Program-made: the position numbers and the translations under genes
Notes under the pieces: model-generated
Databases searched by the model: none
Seen by the model: the letters and a program-made list of their open reading frames with translations, nothing else
Told to the model about the DNA's origin: nothing
Assembly: GCA_964607145.1 (NCBI GenBank)
Contig: CAZSIX010000009.1
Location: forward strand, 467-64,466
DNA length: 64,000 nt
Direction: 5' to 3'
DNA from: an uncultured Planctomycetota bacterium
GTDB lineage: Bacteria > Planctomycetota > JAJSAM01 > JAKLKS01
Shown here: positions 1 to 6,802 of the stretch, in pieces
Layout: every line of letters begins with the position of its first letter
How positions within the stretch are numbered: position 1 is the first letter of the stretch

Positions 1-278
1 CGCAGCCGGACGCTCTTCCCGATGGTCACCATCTTCGGGTCGGTCCGGCGGGGGTCGACGATCTGCATGCCCACCAGCGCCGACTCGAACTCCTGGAAGC
101 GCGTCGTCAGGAACTCGACCTCCTCGCGGGCGGCGTCGTACTCCGCGTTCTCCGAGAGGTCCCCCAGGGCCGCCGCGTCCCCGACCTTCTTCTTGGCCTC
201 CGCCAGCTTCTCCTCGATCCGGCGGATCTGCTCCACGTGCTTGTCGTACTGCCCGCGCGTCATGTAGTTCGTGCTCAT
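1..278 (-). CDS. greA: Transcription elongation factor GreA (3' end runs off the window)
   Basis: Manual translation from ATG at 278: MSTNYMTRGQYDKHVEQIRRIEEKLAEAKKKVGDAAALGDLSENAEYDAAREE...VTIGKSVRL. It contains the Gre-family GDLSENAEY motif. Not present in the supplied ORF track. Confidence 0.95.
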   Translation of the reverse strand, partial: MSTNYMTRGQYDKHVEQIRRIEEKLAEAKKKVGDAAALGDLSENAEYDAAREEVEFLTTRFQEFESALVGMQIVDPRRTDPKMVTIGKSVRL

Positions 279-354
279 GCGGGGCCGATGGTACGCACGA
301 CCGGGGGGAAGCGGCTACGTTTCGCGCCGCCCGCGATCCTCCGCCGAAGGGGGA

Positions 355-1527
355 TCAGTAGCGGGGAAACTCCGGATCGACCTCGTCCGCCCAGGCCTCC
401 GTCCCCCCGTCCATGGAGGCGACGCGGGTCAGCCCCCGTGACCTCAGGAAGTGCAGCGCCTCGAGGCTCCGGATTCCGCGGTGGCAGTAGAGGACCACGT
501 CGTGATCCGCGGGGACCTCCCTCCAGCGCGCGGCGAGGTCGCCCAGGGGGACGTTCCGGGCCGCGGGAAGCGCCCCCATGGCGAACTCCCAGGGCTCGCG
601 GACGTCCAGCAGGAGGGGCGGGTCCGCCTCCCCCATGCGCCGCCCCACCTCGGAGGCCGACACCGCCGCCCGGTGGGACCGTGGCCGGGGCGCCGCGGTG
701 GTCGCCGGGCCGGCCGCGGGAACGCCGCAGTAGCCCTCCAGGTCCCGGGGGGCGCGGAGGGTCGACCGGGGCCCGCAGGCCGGGCAGCCGGGGTCCTTGC
801 GCAGGCGGAGTTCCCGGAACGTCATCCCAAGGGCGTCGTAGACCAGCAGCCGGCCCTGGAGCAGTTCCCCGGCCCCCACCAGGTGCTTCACGACCTCCGT
901 GGCCTGCAGGCAACCGACCACGCCGGGGAGCGCCCCCAGGACGCCGGCCTCCGCGCAGGAGGGAACCAGGCCCGGCGGCGGCGCCTCCGGGTGGAGGCAG
1001 CGGTAGCACGGTCCCGTGCGGGCGTCGAACCAGGACACCTGCCCCTCGAACCGGTAGATGCTCCCGTGGGCATTGGGCTTCCCGAGGAGGACGCAGGCAT
1101 CGCTGACGACGTACCGCGTGGGGAAGTTGTCGCTCCCGTCGGCGACGACGTCCCCGCGGCGGAGGAGTTCCATGGCGTTCGCCGCGGTCACGCGGACATC
1201 GTGGGCCTCGACCTCCACCTCCGGGTTCAGCGCCCGGACCCGCTCCGCCGCCGCCTCGACCTTCGGGCGCCCCACGTCGGCGGAGGAGAAGAGCACCTGT
1301 CGGTGCAGGTTGGAGGCGTCGACCCGGTCCCCGTCCAGGAGCACGAGGCGGCCCACGCCGGCGGCCGCGAGGTAGAGCGCGAGGGGGCTGCCGAGCCCGC
1401 CGGCGCCCACCAGCACGACGGTGGCCTCCCGGAGGCGCCGCTGACCCTCGACGCCGACTTCGGGGAGGGAGATCTGGCGCGCGTAGCGCTGCAGCGACTC
1501 GGGCGGGAGGGGGCGCGGGTCGGTCAT
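355..1527 (-). CDS. moeB: MoeB/ThiF-family adenylyltransferase fused to a C-terminal rhodanese domain (MoeZ-like), 390 aa
   Basis: RYARQISLPEVGVEGQRRL, GAGGLGS nucleotide-binding loop, SNLHRQ, two CxxC motifs (CYRC, CPAC), and rhodanese DVREPWE ... LYCHRGIRS. Start trimmed to MTDPRP (ATG 1527). Confidence 0.92.
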   Translation of the reverse strand: MTDPRPLPPESLQRYARQISLPEVGVEGQRRLREATVVLVGAGGLGSPLALYLAAAGVGRLVLLDGDRVDASNLHRQVLFSSADVGRPKVEAAAERVRALNPEVEVEAHDVRVTAANAMELLRRGDVVADGSDNFPTRYVVSDACVLLGKPNAHGSIYRFEGQVSWFDARTGPCYRCLHPEAPPPGLVPSCAEAGVLGALPGVVGCLQATEVVKHLVGAGELLQGRLLVYDALGMTFRELRLRKDPGCPACGPRSTLRAPRDLEGYCGVPAAGPATTAAPRPRSHRAAVSASEVGRRMGEADPPLLLDVREPWEFAMGALPAARNVPLGDLAARWREVPADHDVVLYCHRGIRSLEALHFLRSRGLTRVASMDGGTEAWADEVDPEFPRY

Positions 1528-1596
1528 GGAGCCGGGGTGGCCCGCATGATAGCGCGGCGCCGTCGCCGGGGCGCGGCGCCGGTGTAGGATGCCGCG

Positions 1597-2193
1597 GTGC
1601 CCGCCCTCCCCGGTCGCCGCACCCGGCTGTTCCTCGCGCTTGTCGTGCTGGGCTTCGCCGCGACCGCGGCGGTCCTCATGGTGGGCCGCCCATCGCGGGG
1701 TACCGCTGGCGCGGAGGTCGTGTTCCTCCGCGTGCAGGAGGGCATCCTCGCGGGGGACCCCGACGCCCTCTGGCGCGCCATGGACCCCGACGCCGCGGCC
1801 CGGTTCGAGCGGTTCCTGGCGGAGCACATCCGGGAGAAGCCGGATTCGCCGACGGCGCGGAAGTACCGGGAGGTCATCGGGATCTCCCTCGCGGAATCGC
1901 TGGGGCTCACCCCCCGCGAGATCATGGCGAGGGAATGCGGGACCGCGGCGGAGAGCCACTTCCGGGGCGCCCGGGTCGTGAAGGTGGTCCCCGCGGGGGC
2001 CGACGAGGCCGTGCTCCACATCGGGATGCGCGAAGGCCTCCAGCGCCAGTGGCACGTCGTGCGCCGGAGCGGGGAGTGGAGGATCCACGACCTCGCCCCC
2101 GTCGTCTCGGCGGACGGGGATCTGCTCGACGGGCGGACCCGCGGGGCGTCGCCCGCATCTCCGTCCGGCGGCCCGCCCGCCGGGGGGCGCTGA
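1597..2193 (+). CDS. Hypothetical membrane-anchored protein, 198 aa (possible NTF2-like/DUF4878-type fold)
   Basis: N-terminal hydrophobic helix LFLALVVLGFAATAAVLMV. The C-terminal LHIG...QWHVVRRSGEWRIHD strand pattern is NTF2-like. TAGGAT lies 6 nt before the GTG start. Confidence 0.7.
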   Translation: MPALPGRRTRLFLALVVLGFAATAAVLMVGRPSRGTAGAEVVFLRVQEGILAGDPDALWRAMDPDAAARFERFLAEHIREKPDSPTARKYREVIGISLAESLGLTPREIMARECGTAAESHFRGARVVKVVPAGADEAVLHIGMREGLQRQWHVVRRSGEWRIHDLAPVVSADGDLLDGRTRGASPASPSGGPPAGGR

Positions 2194-2194
2194 C

Positions 2195-2812
2195 GTGGGG
2201 GAGGGCGGGCGGTGGGCCCGGCGGACGTGGCTGGGCGCGAGCCTGGTGGTCTTCCTCGTCGCCGCCGTGGCCATCGCCGCGTGGGCTGTGGGCCGGTTCC
2301 CGCGGGGGGAGGATGGAGCGGCCACGGAGACGCGTGACCTGGAGGCGGCCTTCGAGCGCCTCCGGGCGGCCATCCGCGACGGCGACGACGAGGAGTTCTT
2401 CCGCATGCACAGTTCCCGGGCGCGGGAGGAGGCGCTGGCGGACTTCCCGCTGGTGCGGGCGCGCTACCTGGGGGCACCGGAGGAGGAGCGCCGCGCCTTT
2501 CGGGAGCGGTTCCACGTCCAGGAGAAGGAGTTCCTGGAGGGAGCCCCGCGGGATCTGGTCGTGCGGATCCTGCCGTGGCGGACCGGCTGGCGCGAGCGCG
2601 CGGATCTGTACGCGGCGTCCCGGGTGAAGGAAGTGCGGCTGGAGGAGGTGGCGCTCCCCGCGGGAGGATCGGAACGCCGCGGCGTGGTGATCCTGGACCT
2701 CCCGGAGGAGTTGAAGGCCGCGGCGGAGGCGGTGGTGGAGGACCGGTTCCTCCCGACGGTGGTCTTCGTCCGCGACCCCGAGGGGTGGCGGCGCAGGTCC
2801 TTCTTTCCCTGA
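2195..2812 (+). CDS. Hypothetical membrane-anchored protein, 205 aa, similar in architecture to the upstream gene
   Basis: N-terminal TM helix. AFERLRAAIRDGDDEEFFR resembles FLRVQEGILAGDPDALWR upstream, and the protein ends in VVFVRDPEGWRR. It starts 1 nt after the previous stop. Confidence 0.7.
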   Translation: MGEGGRWARRTWLGASLVVFLVAAVAIAAWAVGRFPRGEDGAATETRDLEAAFERLRAAIRDGDDEEFFRMHSSRAREEALADFPLVRARYLGAPEEERRAFRERFHVQEKEFLEGAPRDLVVRILPWRTGWRERADLYAASRVKEVRLEEVALPAGGSERRGVVILDLPEELKAAAEAVVEDRFLPTVVFVRDPEGWRRRSFFP

Positions 2813-2867
2813 ACTTGACCCCGGCGGATCAGGAGTGCGATTGAAAGGTTCCGAAGGCTTGCATCAC

Positions 2868-2890
2868 AACATGCTTGTGGACAGCATGTT
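2868..2890. promoter_or_regulatory. 8-bp inverted repeat AACATGCT-N7-AGCATGTT, candidate regulator site
   Basis: Perfect dyad in an AT-richer intergenic segment, about 30 nt upstream of the predicted -35. Confidence 0.5.
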
Positions 2891-2917
2891 ATGTAGTCAA
2901 CCACGGCAAATAAATGC

Positions 2918-2965
2918 ACCGTTGACGGGATCCGGTGCACCCCGTATTCTTGTCCCGTCAACGGT
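2918..2965 (+). promoter_or_regulatory. Sigma70-type promoter TTGACG-N17-TATTCT inside a perfect 13-bp inverted repeat
   Basis: -35 at 2922-2927 and -10 at 2945-2950. Arms are ACCGTTGACGGGA (2918-2930) and TCCCGTCAACGGT (2953-2965). Confidence 0.65.
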
Positions 2966-3105
2966 CGTTGCGGAGACGCGACGGCCCGGAGACAAGGGGA
3001 GAAGTGGCGGCGTTCCCGGGGCGACCGGGATGGACAGGACAGGCCCGGTGGCCCCGGGTGGGACAATGGCGCCCGGCAAGACCGGGCCATGAAGGAGGGT
3101 GTGCA

Positions 3106-3693
3106 ATGGCCGACAAGAAGCGGACCGTGAAGCCGATCCAGATCGCTCTGACGGAAGACCAGATCTCCCGCATCATCGAGGAGGCCGCCCGCGGCCGCCG
3201 GAACCTCAACGTCGAGTCCCTCGAGGACAGGATCGCGCCCAGCCGCTTCGGCCTCCCCGTCTTCGGCGGTGCCGAGTCCGCCCTCCCGCCGGTCGACGGT
3301 CCGGAACTCCCGGGCGACCTGGGTGGCGGTCCCGAGGTGGGCAACCCGTACACTCCGGACCTCCCCAACGACCCGAACCTGCCCGGCGACGGGACGCTCG
3401 CCGACGGCCACGTCCCGTACGACCCCGCGCACGGCGCGCCGTTCAACCCGAACCTGCCCGGTGGCGACCCGCTGGGCGGCCCCGAGGGTCCTCCCCACGA
3501 GCGTCCGACGTACCACATCCCCGGCGCCCGGCACCTCGACCCGACCCTGCCCGGCTTCTCCGGCCGCATGGAGCACTTCATCCAGCAGCGGCTGGAGTCG
3601 AACGAGGCCGGCGGGTTCGACACGCCGACCGAGGAGGACCTGGCGCAGCACCGGAAGAACATCCTCCGCAACCTGCGCGGCTGGAACTCCTAG
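3106..3693 (+). CDS. Small acidic Pro/Gly-rich protein (195 aa) with an LNVESLEDRIAP leader motif; putative substrate or precursor of the adjacent exporter
   Basis: AAGGAGG RBS at 3092-3098. Residues 34-45 resemble the planctomycete extracellular / LEPR-XLL motif. Repeated PxLPG units follow. Confidence 0.8.
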   Translation: MADKKRTVKPIQIALTEDQISRIIEEAARGRRNLNVESLEDRIAPSRFGLPVFGGAESALPPVDGPELPGDLGGGPEVGNPYTPDLPNDPNLPGDGTLADGHVPYDPAHGAPFNPNLPGGDPLGGPEGPPHERPTYHIPGARHLDPTLPGFSGRMEHFIQQRLESNEAGGFDTPTEEDLAQHRKNILRNLRGWNS

Positions 3694-3708
3694 CCTTCAC
3701 CGTCCCCC

Positions 3709-3736
3709 GGCGGGGTGGCCACCGGGCCACCCCGCC
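3709..3736 (+). terminator. 12-bp GC hairpin downstream of the precursor gene
   Basis: GGCGGGGTGGCC-ACCG-GGCCACCCCGCC, with no U-tract. Confidence 0.55.
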
Positions 3737-3754
3737 CTCGGGACGCGGACGTCG

Positions 3755-3780
3755 ACGGGCTCCCGCGAGGGAGCCCGTTT
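3755..3780 (+). terminator. Intrinsic-terminator-like hairpin with GCGA tetraloop
   Basis: ACGGGCTCCC-GCGA-GGGAGCCCGT followed by a short TT run. Confidence 0.6.
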
Positions 3781-3874
3781 CCGATTCCAGCCCCCACCGG
3801 GCCCGATGGGACTCCCGCGTTTCCACGGCTGCCCGTAGAGTAGCCCGGCGGCGCGGGCGGCGCCGGGGGGGCAC

Positions 3875-5782
3875 GTGGATCGCACCGAGGACCTCGTCCG
3901 AAGGCTGCAGCGGCTCGACCTCATCCACACGGTCTCCCGGGAACTGAACGGCTCCCTGGACGCCGAGGCGCTCCTGCCCCGCGTTCTCAGCGTCGTGCTG
4001 GACGCCGTGGAGGCGGAGGCCGGCTCCCTGTGGCTCATCCGCGGGGACAAGATCGTCTGCGATCAGGCCATCGGCGGGGCCGCGGAGAAGGTCATCGGCC
4101 TCGAACTGCCCCGCGGCGCCGGAATCGTGGGGAGCGTCGCGGACAAGCGCGTCCCCGAGGTGATCCTGGAGGCGGAGAAGGACCCCCGCCACGTCCACCA
4201 GGTGGACGAGGCCACGGGCTTCCGCACCCGCTCCCTCATCACCGTCCCCCTGGTGGCCCGTGGCGAGTCCCTGGGCGCCCTCCAGATCATCAACAAGAAG
4301 GGGGGCGCCGACGAGCGCTTCACCGCCGAGGACGTCTCCCTCGTCCAGGAGATCGCCATCGATGCGGCGGCGGTGGTGAAGAACGCGTCGCTGCTCAAGA
4401 CCGAGCGGCGCCTGCGGGAACTGCGCACGCTCCTCCGGATGAGCCGGGAGATCACGTCCACGCTGGACCTCGACCGGATCCTCACCACCGCGGCGAACAT
4501 CCTCTCGGGCACCGTGAAGTTCCGTCGCTGCTCCGTGGTCCTGGAGCGGGAGGGGCGCCCCGTGGTGGCGGCGGTCTCCGGCGTGGAGCGGCTGCAGGCG
4601 GGGGACCCGGCGGAGCGCGAGATCTCGGAACTGGCGTCCATCGTCCGGTCCTACGGCGACACCATCTACAGCCCCTCGCCGGACCCCGAGGGCGAGGGGG
4701 GCGAGGAGACCTGGCGGAAGCCGCTGGCGGCGTGGGGTGCGGGTCTCGGCGTGAAGGCGGTCCTCGCGGTCCCCCTCAAGGACGACACGGGCACGCTGGG
4801 ACTGCTCCTCATGGAGGCCGCCGAGGAGGACTTCCTCGAGGAGGGGCAGCGGGAGGTCGTGGAGACGTTCGCCAACCAGGTGGCGGTGGCGCTCCGCAAC
4901 GCCGAGCTCTACCGGCACACCCCCCTGGTGGGGTTCCTCTCGCGGCGCAACGAGGGCTTCGGGCCGGCGCGCGCGGGACTCCTCGCGCGTCCGTGGGTGC
5001 GCTGGGGGCTCGCCGCGCTCGGCGCCGTTGCCGTCACGGCCGTCATCCCGTGGTCCACCTCGGCGGGGGGGGAGGCGGAGGTCTACCCCGTCCGGCGCCA
5101 TCACCTCCGGACCGAGGTTCCCCTCCTCCTCGCGGAGGTCGCCGTGGAGGAGGGGCAGTCCGTGCAGGCGGATCAGGTGCTCGGCCGACTGGACGACGCC
5201 GAACTCCGGATCCGGCGCAGCGAACTGGAGGCGCAGTTGACGGCCGCCCGTGCCGAGGCGGCGCGCAGCCTGGCGTCGGGCCGTTCCGCCGAGGCGCGTG
5301 CGGCGGAGGAGCGGGCCGGGTGGATCGCGGCGCAGCGGGATCAGGTCATCCGCCGCATCGAGGCATGCACGCTGCGGTCGCCCGTGGCGGGGATGGTGCT
5401 CACCCACCGGCCGCGGGAGCGCGTCGGCATGATCCTTCCCGGGGGGGAGACCGTCCTCGAGATCGCGGAGGGCGGGCGGTGGATGGTGGAGGTCCTCGTG
5501 CCGCAGGCCCTCATCCTCCGCGTGCGGGAGGGAGCGGAACTCGAGTTCCACACGCCCGCGCGGCCCGGGGTGCGCTTCCGCGGCAAGGTGTCCGGGGTCG
5601 GGGCGATGGGCATCCGGTCGCCGTCGGACGTCGCGTTCCCGGTCTCCGCCGTGGTGGAGGATCCGGAGGGACTGCTCCGGCCCGGCGTGATCGGGCGCGC
5701 CTCCGTCGCCCTGGGTCGAGGGACCCTGTTCGGGAACCTCTTCGGCGGCGTCTGGCGCTGGCTCCGCTGGGCGGCGGGCTAG
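3875..5782 (+). CDS. Tandem GAF-GAF domain protein fused to a HlyD-type membrane fusion protein, 635 aa
   Basis: Two GAF-like repeats (TRSLITVPLVARGESLGALQIINK; VLAVPLKDDTGTLGLL), a TM helix, lipoyl halves (VAVEEGQSVQADQVLGRLD; LRSPVAGMV), a coiled hairpin and an MFP beta-barrel. Confidence 0.85.
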   Translation: MDRTEDLVRRLQRLDLIHTVSRELNGSLDAEALLPRVLSVVLDAVEAEAGSLWLIRGDKIVCDQAIGGAAEKVIGLELPRGAGIVGSVADKRVPEVILEAEKDPRHVHQVDEATGFRTRSLITVPLVARGESLGALQIINKKGGADERFTAEDVSLVQEIAIDAAAVVKNASLLKTERRLRELRTLLRMSREITSTLDLDRILTTAANILSGTVKFRRCSVVLEREGRPVVAAVSGVERLQAGDPAEREISELASIVRSYGDTIYSPSPDPEGEGGEETWRKPLAAWGAGLGVKAVLAVPLKDDTGTLGLLLMEAAEEDFLEEGQREVVETFANQVAVALRNAELYRHTPLVGFLSRRNEGFGPARAGLLARPWVRWGLAALGAVAVTAVIPWSTSAGGEAEVYPVRRHHLRTEVPLLLAEVAVEEGQSVQADQVLGRLDDAELRIRRSELEAQLTAARAEAARSLASGRSAEARAAEERAGWIAAQRDQVIRRIEACTLRSPVAGMVLTHRPRERVGMILPGGETVLEIAEGGRWMVEVLVPQALILRVREGAELEFHTPARPGVRFRGKVSGVGAMGIRSPSDVAFPVSAVVEDPEGLLRPGVIGRASVALGRGTLFGNLFGGVWRWLRWAAG

Positions 5783-5796
5783 GAAGGGAGACTGCC

Positions 5797-6750
5797 ATGG
5801 GAGCGGGGATCCTGCGGGTCGCGGTGCTGGGCGTGGCCGTCGCCGCGCTGGCGGGGGGCGGCGCGGGGGCCGGTCCGGCTCCGGAACCGCTGGTGGGCAT
5901 GGGACTCCTCAGGGCGGAGTCGCAGATCTCGCTCCGCGCCGGCGTCTCGGGGAAGGTGCGGAAGGTGCTGCGCCGGGAGGGGGAGGCGCTGACGGCCGGG
6001 GAGGCCGTGGTCGAGATGGACTCCGCCGAGGCGGAACTCCAACTCGCCCTGGCGCGCTGCGACCTGGAGTCCGCGGAAATCGCGGCCAGGAAGGTGCGCG
6101 ACGGGGCCCGCAAGGAGGACCTCGAGCGCGCCCGCGCGTTCTACCACGAGGCGAAGGCGGGACAGGATCTCGCGGAGCGCACGCTCAAGTCGGACCTGGA
6201 ACTGCACGCCGCGGGCATGCTCTCCGACCTCTCCCGGCAGCGGAGCGAGCGGAGCCTCGATGCCGCGCGCGCCGTGGCGGAATCCCGGCGGCTCGACCTC
6301 GCCATCATGGAGAAGGGACCGCGGGCGGAGGATCTCCGCCTCGTGGAGATCGACACCGAACGCCGGCGCGTCATCGTCGCGCAGCGGGAGCTCGAGGTCG
6401 CGCGTCTCCGCATCGGCGGCGGCCGCGAGGGTCGGGCGTTCGTGACCCGGGTCCTCGTGGAGGAGGGAGCCTGGCTCTCGGGGGACGCCGTCGTCGCCGA
6501 GGTGGCGTACATGGACCGGCTGCGCGTCGACCTCGACCTGGCCGCGGAGGAGGGACTCGCGCTCCGCGCCGGGGCCGCGGCGACCCTCCGCGCGGACCTC
6601 TTCCCCGGCGTCGTGCTGCGGGGGCGCGTGATCGGCGTCTCCCCCGTCGTGGACCCGGCAACGGGGACCATCCACGTGGTCGTCCTGGCGGACAACCCGG
6701 ACCTCGCGCTCCGGCCGGGAGTGGCTGCGCGGGTCGAGATCGAGCGGTGA
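5797..6750 (+). CDS. Periplasmic adaptor / membrane fusion protein (HlyD family), 317 aa
   Basis: Signal-like N-terminus, LRAGVSGKVRKVLRREGE lipoyl half, long coiled coil, and GRVIGVSPVVDPATGTI...NPDLALRPG barrel. Start trimmed to ATG 5797 after GGAAGGGAG. Confidence 0.88.
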   Translation: MGAGILRVAVLGVAVAALAGGGAGAGPAPEPLVGMGLLRAESQISLRAGVSGKVRKVLRREGEALTAGEAVVEMDSAEAELQLALARCDLESAEIAARKVRDGARKEDLERARAFYHEAKAGQDLAERTLKSDLELHAAGMLSDLSRQRSERSLDAARAVAESRRLDLAIMEKGPRAEDLRLVEIDTERRRVIVAQRELEVARLRIGGGREGRAFVTRVLVEEGAWLSGDAVVAEVAYMDRLRVDLDLAAEEGLALRAGAAATLRADLFPGVVLRGRVIGVSPVVDPATGTIHVVVLADNPDLALRPGVAARVEIER

Positions 6751-6802
6751 ACGCGGGCTTCGCGCACGGCGCCCGCTCCACGGCGCCCGGAACCGCCCGC
6801 TG

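Noticed and set aside
355-1527. MoeB as a ThiF-like RiPP-modifying enzyme for the precursor at 3106
   Set aside because: It has the standard MoeB-rhodanese architecture, is divergently oriented and two genes away, and the precursor lacks a C-terminal GG or Cys.
2841-2895. Sigma54 promoter
   Set aside because: No GG-N10-GC spacing fits the TTGC or TGG candidates.
2860-2990. Riboswitch (c-di-GMP-I) suggested by GGCAAA and hairpins
   Set aside because: The GAAA tetraloop/receptor and the second conserved segment were not found, and the main hairpin overlaps the predicted promoter, so it would not be fully transcribed.
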